DNA of 64,000 nt from a virus (IMGVR_UViG_3300020045_010174:678-64677); one strand, 5' to 3'; shown: positions 48,631 to 59,702, counted from the stretch's first letter. Program-made: numbers and translations. Notes: a model not told the origin generated them from the letters alone.

Positions 48631-50943
48631 ATGATTATTGAGGCGAAGGATCATTATATGATAACATTTTCCAGGGATCCCAGTGGAAACAGAGTTATCA
48701 ACAGATGCGATAATTTTAACAATTATTTTTATGTGGGATTAAACGAGCAATCCATCTACGATAATCGTATAATGAAAGTGGAATTGTCGGAAAAGAAAAC
48801 TCTTTTTGGGGAAGAGGTTAGAAAAATCACAGTAAAGAATGCGTGGGATATTCATGCACTCAAATCTAATTTTTACAAAACATATGAATCTGATATACCT
48901 ATCACGTGGAGATATTATATAGATAGGATTGGGGAAATTCCACAGGAGAATTTGAGAAAGCTTTACTTAGATATTGAGACGGCAGATATGCCCGGGCCCC
49001 AATTAAATAATCAACCCATTACTTGTATAGGGTGGTGGGACAATTATACTAAAGCTTATACCACTTTAATTATAGATACAGATAAAGGATCCAATAAGGT
49101 AGAAGACAGAGACGAGCATAGAATATATTACTTTCCAGATGAATATGCTTTACTATCAAAGTTTGTTTCCATCGTTCAAGAATTAGATCCCGATATGATT
49201 ATTGCCCATAACGGGGATAAGTTTGACTTTCCCGTTATTGTGGGGAGACTTATAGAATTAACAGTAATGGGATATGGAAGCATGTCCCCACTGGGAATAG
49301 TTAAAAGAGATAATTCTTTCGGGGAGTGGAAGACCAAATGCGCCGGGAGAATTTTATTTGATTTCTTGGGCACCAAAACCAATCATGGAATAAAAGGAGG
49401 CATACGTGGTTTACTCGATGGCCGTGACATTACTATCAAAGATAAGAACGGTGAAGATAAGATTGTGCGAATTAAGCGATGGAGTTTGTCATATCTTGCT
49501 CAATTCGTGGGTATGAAGAAAGGGGATTATATGGGCGTCCAGACGCTCGATGAAATGATAACGTATAATAAACTGGACGTATCCATTATGGTAGAGTTGG
49601 ATCGCTACTTCAATGTTACTGAATACTATCACAATATGCAAATTTTAATAGGTTGTCCATATGAGGCGACTTATTTTAATACAAACATGATAGATTTCTT
49701 CCTATTGAAAAGATATAGTAGCAATGTATTCCCGACTAAGCCAGCTCGTAATCAATTTGAAAGTGATGCTACGATAGAAGGTGCACTGGTAGATGATCCT
49801 ATACAAGGACTGTATAAGATATTGTATGTGGTCGATCAGACCTCTCTCTATCCTACTGTGGTCGTATCTGGAAATCTTTCAATTGAGACTGTTGATCCCA
49901 ATGGTAATATCATTCTTGGTAATGGTATGAGATTTAGAGATGGTAAATTGGGAGTAATTCCAGATGCAGTTCAGTTTCTGTTAAGTATCCGTCTTAAATA
50001 TAAGAAGCTTGCAAAGAGTGAGCAGGACTCATACAAAGCCCAGATGTATGATTTACTATCTAATGGATATAAAACTTTGCTGGTGAGCTTCTATGGAGCT
50101 CTATTGTACAAGGGATTTAGGTTATATCAGCACGATGTTGCTGAGAGTATACCCTACATGGGAAGAGTTATCAAAGCTCATGTACGGAAGCTCGTAGAAG
50201 ACAATGGCTATCAAGTAATTGCTGGGGATACAGACAGTTCATTCTTAAATCCGATTCGAGCAGATGCAACTCCAATCGATGAAATGATTGCAATAATCAA
50301 TAAATCATTCGATAAGTTTGCAGCAGATCGGGGAATGAAAACTCATATCTTTAATATTGAACTTGACAAGACATACTCACCCATCATCATGTCAGACGTC
50401 AAAAAACGTTATGTGGGCTACTTAATCAAGAACGGTAAGAAGATATATAAAGTAACTGGATGGGAAAGTGTCAGAAGAGATACTGCACCTGTCACTGAGT
50501 TTTTCCAGGAGACGGTATTCAAAATGATTCTTGATGGTAAATCCCAGAAAGAGGTTGAGGCATTCGTAAAAGATTTGCAAGCCAAATGTATTAGTGGAGA
50601 AATTCCACTATCACAGCTTATGCTTCCGAAAGGATTTTCAAAAACGTTTGGTGAGTATAAAACTGAGAATCTATGGATGCGAGGAGTTCAATACAGTAAT
50701 GAAAATCTGGGAACGCACTTTGATCACTTCAGCGAGATAGGTGCTTTTCATATCAAATACTGTCCCGAAGATAAAGCAGTAACTGATGTATTATGCGTTG
50801 ATGAAGAATCATTACATATATTAAAGGGATTTATAATTGACTGGAAGACACAGCTCGATAAAACAATAGGATCTAAATTCGAAAATATAAAGAATATGAT
50901 GGGGTGGCTGGATTTACAGCAAAGAACCCTGGGAGATTTTTGA
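48631..50943 (+). CDS. polB: family B DNA polymerase with 3'-5' exonuclease domain
   Basis: Exo I 'LYLDIETAD', Pol motif A 'VVDQTSLYPT', motif B-like 'KTLLVSFYGAL', motif C 'IAGDTDSSF'. Confidence 0.9.
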   Translation: MIIEAKDHYMITFSRDPSGNRVINRCDNFNNYFYVGLNEQSIYDNRIMKVELSEKKTLFGEEVRKITVKNAWDIHALKSNFYKTYESDIPITWRYYIDRIGEIPQENLRKLYLDIETADMPGPQLNNQPITCIGWWDNYTKAYTTLIIDTDKGSNKVEDRDEHRIYYFPDEYALLSKFVSIVQELDPDMIIAHNGDKFDFPVIVGRLIELTVMGYGSMSPLGIVKRDNSFGEWKTKCAGRILFDFLGTKTNHGIKGGIRGLLDGRDITIKDKNGEDKIVRIKRWSLSYLAQFVGMKKGDYMGVQTLDEMITYNKLDVSIMVELDRYFNVTEYYHNMQILIGCPYEATYFNTNMIDFFLLKRYSSNVFPTKPARNQFESDATIEGALVDDPIQGLYKILYVVDQTSLYPTVVVSGNLSIETVDPNGNIILGNGMRFRDGKLGVIPDAVQFLLSIRLKYKKLAKSEQDSYKAQMYDLLSNGYKTLLVSFYGALLYKGFRLYQHDVAESIPYMGRVIKAHVRKLVEDNGYQVIAGDTDSSFLNPIRADATPIDEMIAIINKSFDKFAADRGMKTHIFNIELDKTYSPIIMSDVKKRYVGYLIKNGKKIYKVTGWESVRRDTAPVTEFFQETVFKMILDGKSQKEVEAFVKDLQAKCISGEIPLSQLMLPKGFSKTFGEYKTENLWMRGVQYSNENLGTHFDHFSEIGAFHIKYCPEDKAVTDVLCVDEESLHILKGFIIDWKTQLDKTIGSKFENIKNMMGWLDLQQRTLGDF

Positions 50944-51392
50944 TATGGATAAAAAAGAATATATTGAATGGTATTGGAAACATATCTCCGATCTATCCAA
51001 AGATCATAGTATAATATGTACATGTCATCTTTGCATTCAACTTGTGGAAAAAGGTTATATTAAAATACAAAAACAGTGGTTGAAGAAAATATGACCTTAA
51101 GATTCCCAGAAGACGCGAGAAAGTGTCAATACTTACAACACGCAGTGTCTGGTCTTCAGCAGTGTATTACTCCAATTAGTGCAGGCACTGCTGCCCTATG
51201 GGCAACCGGTAATACAAATTTCTGGGTGGCAGCAATACCATTTGCATTAAATTTTATACTGGGAAGACTAAGTAGTGAGATAAGTTATCAAACAAGTATC
51301 AGATTATTTAAGGAATATAAGAAATAAAAGAATTGTTCAGGAAAGAACTCAGAGTTTTTAATGAATATAGGGTTTAAACCCACGAGGTATAA

Positions 51393-51869
51393 ATGGTAAG
51401 TAAAAAAATAAAATTCATTGGAGCAATAATATTATTATTTATAATATTAGCATCCATGGGTGATAATAACACCAACACAGTATCGAAAACAACTACACCA
51501 ATAACAGATACATACACTGAAATTGGAAATAAGTTACGTACCTGCGGAACTTTATTACAATGTGATACATTCGTAGATTCCTACGTAAATACAAATAGAA
51601 TCCAGTGGACGGGTGTGGTGGCAGATGTTGGTGATAATGTTCTTTTGTATGTAAGTAAGGAAGCAAACAATCCTAATGTACGACTATATGGAATAGATGA
51701 ACCGATAAGATTAAAGCTTAAACAGAATCAAGAAATAACATTTACTGGGCAGATGAAACTCGAAAAGTCCATGACAGATAATCCTTATGGTAGTGGAAGA
51801 ATAACATGGGGTGATGCGTGGGGTAGAAAAGTACTTAATATCTACAATGCAGAAATCCAAAATATTTAA
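51393..51869 (+). CDS. secreted/lipoprotein-like hypothetical protein
   Basis: N-terminal TM/signal 'KIKFIGAIILLFIILASMG'. Confidence 0.4.
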   Translation: MVSKKIKFIGAIILLFIILASMGDNNTNTVSKTTTPITDTYTEIGNKLRTCGTLLQCDTFVDSYVNTNRIQWTGVVADVGDNVLLYVSKEANNPNVRLYGIDEPIRLKLKQNQEITFTGQMKLEKSMTDNPYGSGRITWGDAWGRKVLNIYNAEIQNI

Positions 51870-52173
51870 ATTTAAACCAAGTATAGTGATATTTAAGGAG
51901 TATAAGAAATGAAAAGAAAGTATGATAAATATATTATTATAATATCATTATTTATAATATTAAGTTTAATCGCGTTGGTTGATATCAATGCGGATGCTGC
52001 AAGTGAAAAGAATGTTCATACAATAGAAGAAGGTCAATATTCGTCTGCTTGGAGATTTTGGTATTTTATTATACATGATGATAAAAGAGATGTAACATGT
52101 TATATTACAAATTATGGCATGTCATGTTTACCAGATAAGGATTTGAAAACATAAAAATTGTGGAAAAAATATT

Positions 52174-52440
52174 ATGGATATTGAAATAATACCATATTGG
52201 AATTGTGTTTGTATAAATAAAAGAAGTCCATTAAAACCGAGTAAGTATTTTGGATGGTGTTTATTTAAACCACCTTCTTCTTTTATGATTGGATTAACTA
52301 AATTTGTAACAGAAGAATATATTATACAGATTCTTATTCATGAAATCACACATATATTATTATATGAATTGGAAGGTAATATAGCATATTCGAAATTCGA
52401 TAATCTTGATAATAACATAATACCGTGGTATGAGGAGTGA
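52174..52440 (+). CDS. mini zincin-like protein with HExxH motif
   Basis: 'QILIHEITHILLYELEG' (HEITH). Confidence 0.3.
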   Translation: MDIEIIPYWNCVCINKRSPLKPSKYFGWCLFKPPSSFMIGLTKFVTEEYIIQILIHEITHILLYELEGNIAYSKFDNLDNNIIPWYEE

Positions 52441-53510
52441 AAAATATGAATAGAAAACTATGTACAATACAAACTATTGCATCTATATCCCCGATAGATG
52501 GTGCAGATAAGATAGAGTTAGCAACCATGAATGATCTTGGGTGGCAAGTAATTGTCAAGAAAGGCGAATTTGATGTAGATGATCTATGCATCTACTGTGA
52601 GTTAGATAGCCTATTCCCAGAGAAACCTGAATTTGAATTTCTCAGATCCAAACATTTCCGCATTAAAACTATGAAAATGAAGGGGACACTGAGTCAGGGA
52701 ATAATATTTCCAATGTCTATAATGGGAGAAGATGTATGTAATGGTATGATACGAGATTTCAATTCGGGTAAATCGAATATCATTGGAATTGATGTATCAG
52801 ACATACTCGGAGTAACTAAATTTGAATTACCGATAAGCCCAGGCCAGAAAGGAAATACTAAAGGCAATTTCCCAACCGACATACTTCCAAAAACAGATGA
52901 GATGCGCTTACAATCAGTTCCAAAACTATTGAATGAAATCAAGGGAAAGGATGTTTACATCACCGAAAAGCTTGATGGTACATCATTCACTGGAATTTAT
53001 CTTAACAATGAACTTCGCGTATGTTCAAGGAACTTGGAACTTAAAGAAGGAGACCCAGTTAATATCAATCTCCCGGAAGATGTATACTGGAGAGTCGCTC
53101 ATAATATAAATCTAAAAGAGAAGCTCAGTAAGTATGATGGAAATATTGCAGTGCAGGGTGAAATATGTGGGGAAGGTATTGCTAAAAATCCTCTGGGGTT
53201 AAAAGGTCAACACCTATTCCTTTTCAATATCTATGATATAGATGCTCATAAGTATATGGATTACACACAATTTATCCAAACTGCAAAGAATCTCGGATTA
53301 ACAACAGTTCCCATTCTGGAAGTCAAACAAAATTTCAATATGAGTGTAGAGGAATTATTAAAATATTCCGAGGGTCATTATACTGGAACCAAGAATCATA
53401 GAGAAGGTATTGTAGTCAGACCACTCATTGAAACATTTTCAAAAGTTCTGGGTGGGAGAATGTCATTCAAAGTGATAAACAATCAGTTCTTATTGAAAAG
53501 TGAGGAGTAA
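52437..53510 (+). CDS. ATP-dependent RNA ligase-like nucleotidyltransferase (KxDG motif I)
   Basis: 'YITEKLDGTSFTGIY' lysine-adenylation motif; N-terminal OB-like region; downstream 'EGIVVRP' (motif IV-like) and 'FKV' (motif V-like). Confidence 0.5.
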   Translation: MKNMNRKLCTIQTIASISPIDGADKIELATMNDLGWQVIVKKGEFDVDDLCIYCELDSLFPEKPEFEFLRSKHFRIKTMKMKGTLSQGIIFPMSIMGEDVCNGMIRDFNSGKSNIIGIDVSDILGVTKFELPISPGQKGNTKGNFPTDILPKTDEMRLQSVPKLLNEIKGKDVYITEKLDGTSFTGIYLNNELRVCSRNLELKEGDPVNINLPEDVYWRVAHNINLKEKLSKYDGNIAVQGEICGEGIAKNPLGLKGQHLFLFNIYDIDAHKYMDYTQFIQTAKNLGLTTVPILEVKQNFNMSVEELLKYSEGHYTGTKNHREGIVVRPLIETFSKVLGGRMSFKVINNQFLLKSEE

Positions 53511-53513
53511 TAT

Positions 53514-53843
53514 ATGAAAGTAAAACAAAAGGAAAAGATCCCGCGCATGATGTGGCGTATGAATTTATTAAAGAGAGTAGTGGAGGTATATGGTCAGGAT
53601 GCTCAATTAAATCAATTGATTGAAGAATTGGCAGAACTGATAGTAGCTATTCAACATCTCAGAAGAGATCGCATCGGTTGGGATAAAGTTGCCGAAGAGT
53701 GCGCAGATGTAAGGATAATGATTTCCCAAATAGGAACAATAGCTAATATGGGAGATGCAATGGCCATACACGAAACTGCAAAACTCGAACGATTGGAAGC
53801 AAGATTGAATAAACATTTGGAAGAGAAGAATGATACCAACTAA
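53514..53843 (+). CDS. MazG-like nucleoside triphosphate pyrophosphohydrolase
   Basis: 'LIEELAELIVAIQHLRRDR...ECADVRIMISQIG', the EExxE...D helical MazG pattern. Confidence 0.55.
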   Translation: MKVKQKEKIPRMMWRMNLLKRVVEVYGQDAQLNQLIEELAELIVAIQHLRRDRIGWDKVAEECADVRIMISQIGTIANMGDAMAIHETAKLERLEARLNKHLEEKNDTN

Positions 53844-53983
53844 ATGTAAGTGTGGGGAAACATTGTTGGATATAAATGATCCCGAGATACTGGGGAGAAC
53901 CGGACAAACGTGGTATGTTTGTCCACTTATTTTATGGGGTTGTGAAGAAGAAAATCACACTTCAATATATGAGGAACAAGTGA

Positions 53984-54403
53984 ATGATGAGGGTAAGTAA
54001 AGATCAATATTATCAAAATATAGCTAAAGCTGTTGCAGAACGGGGTACGTGTCTTCGGGCTAAAGTCGGTGCAGTAATTGTGAAGAATGATGCAATCATA
54101 TCTACTGGATATGTTGGGGCAGCTCGCGGCGAAGTTAATTGTTGCGATGTTGGGGAATGTGAGAGGATCAAGCTTGGTGTATTACCAGGTCATAGATATG
54201 AGCTATGTAAATCAGTTCATGCAGAAGCAAATGCTATAATCAATGCTGCTCGTAATGGACAGAATGTTGTGGATGGTGTTATGTATGTTTACTTCGAACG
54301 CCTCGATGGTGGCAAGATAAAACACACTGGGCCATGTATGATGTGTGCTCGTATGATTACAAACGCTGGAATCAAACGAATACATTCAGAGGAAATAGTA
54401 TGA
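53984..54403 (+). CDS. dCMP / cytidine deaminase (zinc-dependent)
   Basis: 'SVHAEANAIINAA' (H-A-E) and 'GPCMMCARMI' (PCxxC). Confidence 0.8.
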   Translation: MMRVSKDQYYQNIAKAVAERGTCLRAKVGAVIVKNDAIISTGYVGAARGEVNCCDVGECERIKLGVLPGHRYELCKSVHAEANAIINAARNGQNVVDGVMYVYFERLDGGKIKHTGPCMMCARMITNAGIKRIHSEEIV

Positions 54404-54502
54404 TTGAATGTGATGGTGATTGTCTCAATTGTAAATACTGGGATCATTCTATACCACACGATTCACATAGTGAGAGTAATTGTTGTACAAGAGGTGTGGA
54501 TA

Positions 54503-54697
54503 ATGAATGATGTTTCACTTAAGGATGTTATAAAAGTTCTTATTGATGTGGGTGTTCTTAAAAGCGGTATGTTTATATTACCAAAGAAACCAACACATGG
54601 TGAATGTTGTATGTGTCGATGGTGTGGATATATGCATGAAGATTGTGTGTGTACACATAATGAAATATTAGCAAAGTTAATGAAATTGAAGGAATAG
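54503..54697 (+). CDS. small Cys-rich hypothetical protein
   Basis: 'ECCMCRWCGYMHEDCVCTH'; internal start of the six-frame ORF 54404-54697. Confidence 0.35.
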   Translation: MNDVSLKDVIKVLIDVGVLKSGMFILPKKPTHGECCMCRWCGYMHEDCVCTHNEILAKLMKLKE

Positions 54698-54700
54698 AAT

Positions 54701-54943
54701 ATGAATAAGAGAATGAAAAAACTTTCAGAAATAAAATCTACAATAGATTGTAAGTGTAAAGAAGGACACCTTATTTTAAAAAGAATTACTGTTAGTCCAA
54801 AGACTGGTAACGTTATACTTTCATATTCTTCTTGTGATAAATGTCATTATGGGTGGATAAGAGAAGGAATTCTTGCTGGAACACCGGGTAATATTACAGT
54901 ACTTACAGATATAATAATTCCAGAATTAATTTTAGGAGAGTGA
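54701..54943 (+). CDS. zinc-ribbon hypothetical protein
   Basis: 'CKCKEGH...CDKCHYGW'. Confidence 0.4.
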   Translation: MNKRMKKLSEIKSTIDCKCKEGHLILKRITVSPKTGNVILSYSSCDKCHYGWIREGILAGTPGNITVLTDIIIPELILGE

Positions 54944-55656
54944 ATTATGAAGAAAAAAATATTAATAATATGTATAATTGTACTATTATTGAGTAGTGTG
55001 ATTATAGTTAGTAGTAAAACTACTTTAAGTGATACGAAAATAAATGGACAGAAGGTATATATATCACATATCACCGATGATAATGGTATGAAATATGTTT
55101 GTTTCTATATGTCCGGTGGTGGAATTCAACGTAATCCAACGTTGTCTTGTCTGAGAGAATAATATTAGAGGAGGTATATCATGAATGGAGCATTTAAAAC
55201 AATAATTATGGATAAGGATGCGGTAATTGAAATGTATGCATCCATTAAAAACGAAGAGGGAAACCCAGTTGCATTGGCAATGGAGGGAAAAAGCAAAACA
55301 AAGTATGATGAAGAGATTACTGTGTGGGTTCCCGCCGGTAGTAAGATGGGAACTTTCAATAATGTATCTGGTTATCAGAAACGTGGAACCTGGTAATGTC
55401 AAAATATTTAACAATTTATGTTAAGTGTCCGATGTATGGGGGCACTCCAATTGAGGAGTGTTATGACTGTGAATCTTTTAAGGGGTTAAATGATTCGAGG
55501 GATTTAGTCGAGTGCGCCTTTGTGGGAGACGACTCGAATTAATAATTACAAAGTTAATGTATGGGCAATCTTCCGCTACCTCGGATCCCTGTACAGGTGA
55601 TGTAGGTATTCTTCGCTCGGATACATACTATATCACCACTAACATTTATAAAGGAG

Positions 55657-56586
55657 ATGAATATGAATTATTACGATTTTGCTATACCCGCGAGAATAGC
55701 AAGAGTATCCACAGCTGAGGAGGTTGTGGGGCTGGTTAATATATGGAATGGGATAGTTCCATGTTATCTTAGTGTGAATCCATATACAGTATTGAGTGTG
55801 GATGAATTTGATAATGAAATACGTCAGGCTTTCATTAGTAAAGCATTTTTCGATTTCGACAATGATTTAGAATCAGTTAAAAAATTTGTAGGATATCTTC
55901 TTAATCACGATATTAAATTTGAAATTAACCATTCGGGAAATGGTCATCATGTCTATGTTCATTTGACTGGATATGGAAATGGTCAGAATCTTAGGATTCT
56001 CCAGCTTTCATTATTGAATGAAGCTAAATCAACCTGTGATATGCACGTTGTGGGGGATACCCAGAGAGTAAGTAGAATCCCCAACACCTGGAATTTTAAA
56101 TCCAAGTCATACTGTATACCAATCAAAGTAGAAGAATTGGGACATGAAGATGGGAGCATCCAAAGACTGGGGGAAAAATATATTTACGGAACACGCTTAT
56201 TAGATCTTTCAACTTTCACGGAGGATAAATTTGAATATATAAAATCTGAAGTACTAAAAGATATGAAGATCGAATCTAATATTTTACTGATTCCCTGCAT
56301 AAAAAACATTGTTCGTAAGATCAATCCAACTCAGATAGAGAGATATTTACTCGTAGTATTTTTATCAAATGCTTTGAGAAATGGAAGAGATCTTAGATAT
56401 TTTGATCAAGTATTTTTACTGGAAGAAATTAAAGCCTTCTTCATATCAAACTGTAAACATTGGATGGACTTTGATTTGGGGAAAAGTATGTATCAAATAA
56501 AGAATATCCTACCAAAAACGAATATCATATGTGGATGTCGATTTTTAAAATCAAAAGGTATTTGCATTGGATGTATGGAGGAATAA
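55657..56586 (+). CDS. archaeo-eukaryotic primase (AEP)-like primase-polymerase with C-terminal Zn-binding region
   Basis: Motif I 'FFDFDND', motif II 'HSGNGHHVYVH', C-terminal 'CGCRFLKSKGICIGC'. Confidence 0.55.
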   Translation: MNMNYYDFAIPARIARVSTAEEVVGLVNIWNGIVPCYLSVNPYTVLSVDEFDNEIRQAFISKAFFDFDNDLESVKKFVGYLLNHDIKFEINHSGNGHHVYVHLTGYGNGQNLRILQLSLLNEAKSTCDMHVVGDTQRVSRIPNTWNFKSKSYCIPIKVEELGHEDGSIQRLGEKYIYGTRLLDLSTFTEDKFEYIKSEVLKDMKIESNILLIPCIKNIVRKINPTQIERYLLVVFLSNALRNGRDLRYFDQVFLLEEIKAFFISNCKHWMDFDLGKSMYQIKNILPKTNIICGCRFLKSKGICIGCMEE

Positions 56587-56587
56587 T

Positions 56588-56774
56588 TATGAAAGGAAAA
56601 CTTAATTTAGGAACGGGTGCATTATACGTACCATGTCATAATAATCATGATGTAGATAATTGTACACATTGTGAGTTGGAATGCATAGACCCGGCATGTA
56701 ATGGTAGTATGTGTGATGTACATCATAATTGTATGTGTCAACGAACACAATGTATTTGCCTCGGAAGACCTTAA
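56588..56774 (+). CDS. Cys/His-rich mini-protein
   Basis: 'CHNNHDVDNCTHCELECIDPACNGSMCDVHHNCMCQRTQCIC'. Confidence 0.4.
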
Positions 56775-57013
56775 TGAAACAAAAAGATTTTGAAGACTGG
56801 AAAAGAAATTGGTTTAAATATGTTCCACAATGTTTTGATTTCGTATGTTGTCATGAGATGACATCATGCGGGGTTGAAAGATTTTGTGGAGATTGTACAA
56901 TTTATCCAACATGGAATACAGCCATTGAAAAAAAGTTTAAAATTCCAACTTGTAATGATGTTGGATGTGATGATTGTTTACGTAATCATGATTGTAAACG
57001 GAGGAAAGTATGA
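56774..57013 (+). CDS. Cys-rich mini-protein
   Basis: 'CFDFVCCHEMTSCGVERFCGDCT...CNDVGCDDC'. Confidence 0.35.
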   Translation: MKQKDFEDWKRNWFKYVPQCFDFVCCHEMTSCGVERFCGDCTIYPTWNTAIEKKFKIPTCNDVGCDDCLRNHDCKRRKV

Positions 57014-57621
57014 CAGATATAACAGCATTTTGTATAACATGTAGAGTTGATGTTGAAGTAAAGACTATAAATATAGCCAGTGGTTGTATTTATACAAGAC
57101 TTGCATGTGGTCATGAAAGAACAATATATATGAATCCTGGAAGACATTTATGATAGATTTACATTTTTGTTTAAAATGTAGAAGTTATCAAGTATCAGCA
57201 ACTCATTGGTGGCATATGTATTTATCAATGAATCCGCATGATAGATCAACGTGTTTAGCATGTCAGTGTAGGAAGGTCGATGATGAATAAAAAATATATT
57301 AGATGGAATGATGTAATAAATACATGGTTGGCAATGTTTCCACATATTACTTTAAGTGACGAAGAATATAAATCGCTTGATAATGCTATAAGTGATTATG
57401 GAGATGAACGATGGTCAAGTGGAATACAAGTTGGGCAGGAATCTGCTTATGAATAAAGAATGTTTCGGGTGTTTCGGAAACTGCCCCATAGAAATACCAG
57501 ATGGATTGGATGAGAATTGGGATGCACTCTATTGGAGAATAGATTGTCCCGATAAGTTCGAATGTTATAAACATATGACGAATGTATATCAAAATCCAAT
57601 TTTATATTTAGGAGATGGAAA

Positions 57622-57897
57622 ATGACATCACAGGATAAAATAAAGGAAGTATATGACAATATGAAAAGTTTGTCATTGTATAAGAATGAAAAGTATGGGG
57701 ACTCAGCACTCAATCCAATGCAGATTTTCTGCAAGGATTCCGCTGGTTCACAGATATTATCACGACTCGATGATAAATTATCTCGGATAAAAAATTCTTC
57801 AGAGCTAAGAAAAAATGATGTCAGTGATATAATGGGATACTTAGTATTATTATGTATCGATAAAGAATGGTTAAACTTTGAAGAGTTTAAGGATTAA
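57622..57897 (+). CDS. hypothetical protein (91 aa)
   Basis: ORF; possible all-alpha nucleotide-binding fold, not resolved. Confidence 0.35.
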   Translation: MTSQDKIKEVYDNMKSLSLYKNEKYGDSALNPMQIFCKDSAGSQILSRLDDKLSRIKNSSELRKNDVSDIMGYLVLLCIDKEWLNFEEFKD

Positions 57898-58071
57898 ATA
57901 AAGGAGAATATAAATGGTTAAAACAACACAAATCAGTTATCATGTGACCGCAGATGTCACATCATTGAGTGATGATGCATTATTAGAAATCGCAGATAAT
58001 CTGAGTAGAAGAAAAAATTCAGTTGAAAAGGATCTCATAATCATTCGTGAGGAAATAACACGAAGACGTCT

Positions 58072-59601
58072 ATGAAACTTCTCGATGAATTAAAAGAGAA
58101 AAGCATATTAACTAAAACGATGGTGAAAGAAAATACCCAAAAACTGAAATCGATGAAGGGTGAAGATGCTATAGATTATCCAGCGATTGCACACGGGATG
58201 ATGCAGAAATTCACCATTAAAACAACTCGCGATAATCAAAACGTCTTGTTATATAAACCAGAATTTGGATATTATGTCCCAGGAATTACCTACATCAATG
58301 AACTTGGATATGGTGAATATAATATAACTACCAAAAATCAGATGGTAAATGTTATTGAAAACATCAGAGCCAGAACATTTGTTGAGAGAGAACTATTCGA
58401 AAAACATGATGGCTTCGTGAATCTTAAAAATGGAACGCTCGAACTAGCCACCATGACACTACATGAACATAGTCCAGAATATCACTTTCTCAACCGTGTG
58501 GAAGTAGATTATGTTCCCGATGCAATATGTCCTCGCTGGGAGTCAGTAATTCAATTCGCATTAAGCGATGAGAAAGATAGACTCACCCTACAGGAATGGT
58601 TCGGCTACCAACTATTCAGCGGCCAACCATTGGAATCTGCTATGTTCATGATCGGGAAACCGAGCACATCCAAATCAACTATATTGGGTATTCTCAAGTT
58701 ATTACTCGGAATCAATAGCACGGTAAGTTTTGCACTACAAGATTTCGATAAGGAGAGTACCAAGGCAGTTCCATCATTATACGGTAAAATGGCCAATATA
58801 TGTTTTGATATGGGCATGGAGACAGTAAGAGATACTGGAAAGTTTAAACAACTGACGGGATCCAATGATACTTTAAGTGCCAGGATGTTATATGTAATGC
58901 CATTTCAGTTTAATAACTCGGCTAAATTAACATTCGCAGCAAATAATACACCACAACTTTCCCCCACAGTAGAGAAAGATGAAGCCTTTTGGAAGAGAAT
59001 TATTCTCCTACACTTCATTAATCAGATTACTACGGAACAAAAAGATGTGGAGTTAAGTAATAAACTTAAAGCTCATGAACTACCGGGTATTTTGAATTGG
59101 ATGTTGGTGGGATATAGAAGATTACAGACCAATAAACGATTTACTAATCAAGATAGTAATACGATTTATTCAAGATGGGAAGCCACAAAAGTATCTGAAA
59201 CTGAATCGGATAGATTTTTCGATGAATGTTGCTATTTCAATCCAGAAGGATATGTTGTTAAAGAAGTCCTCAGGATGCATTATATGAAATGGTGCTCAAC
59301 TGAATCTATAAGATTGGGTAAAAGTATTATTCCCCTATCACCGTATAAATATGTGGAATGTCTTGCTCGAATTTATCCAGAAGTCACGGGTAGACAGGAA
59401 CGGATAAACGGAGAACGAGAATATGTATGGAAAGGTATAAGTATAAATACAAATCCCGTCGTAAAAGTTGCTACTGATACTGACCAATTAACATTGCGAA
59501 CTAATTTTATGGCCAGAATGGATAAAATTAACGCAGATGAAGAGGCATTATTAGAACATTTGATCAATCAGCACGAAGAAGAATCTTCAGAAGTGTCTTA
59601 A
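58072..59601 (+). CDS. D5/P4-family primase-associated SF3 helicase (NTPase)
   Basis: 'MFMIGKPSTSKSTIL' Walker A, 'ICFDMG' Walker B-like, 'LTFAANNTP' motif C. The N-terminal D5_N-like region carries 'VNLKNGTL'. Confidence 0.7.
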   Translation: MKLLDELKEKSILTKTMVKENTQKLKSMKGEDAIDYPAIAHGMMQKFTIKTTRDNQNVLLYKPEFGYYVPGITYINELGYGEYNITTKNQMVNVIENIRARTFVERELFEKHDGFVNLKNGTLELATMTLHEHSPEYHFLNRVEVDYVPDAICPRWESVIQFALSDEKDRLTLQEWFGYQLFSGQPLESAMFMIGKPSTSKSTILGILKLLLGINSTVSFALQDFDKESTKAVPSLYGKMANICFDMGMETVRDTGKFKQLTGSNDTLSARMLYVMPFQFNNSAKLTFAANNTPQLSPTVEKDEAFWKRIILLHFINQITTEQKDVELSNKLKAHELPGILNWMLVGYRRLQTNKRFTNQDSNTIYSRWEATKVSETESDRFFDECCYFNPEGYVVKEVLRMHYMKWCSTESIRLGKSIIPLSPYKYVECLARIYPEVTGRQERINGEREYVWKGISINTNPVVKVATDTDQLTLRTNFMARMDKINADEEALLEHLINQHEEESSEVS

Positions 59602-59631
59602 ACTATATCCTTATACTTACTTTTTAATCTT

Positions 59632-59702
59632 AAAAAAATAAATAGAAGAAAGAAAAAAAGAGTATAAAAAAAATAAATGTATAAATGGTTAAGTTTAAGA
59701 CA
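59632..59702. repeat. ~70 bp A-rich intergenic element, copy 2 (see 12529-12598)
   Basis: 'aaaaaataaatagaagaaagaaaaaaagagtataaaaaaaataaatgtataaatggttaagtttaagaca'. Confidence 0.6.

Noticed and set aside
54404-54697. 97-aa hydrophobic ORF as listed in the track
   Set aside because: The region more plausibly encodes a 36-aa Cys-rich peptide (54400-54510, ATGA-coupled to the deaminase stop) followed by a 64-aa ORF starting at MNDVSLKD (54503). The long form begins with an odd Val/Ile-rich N-terminus lacking an RBS.
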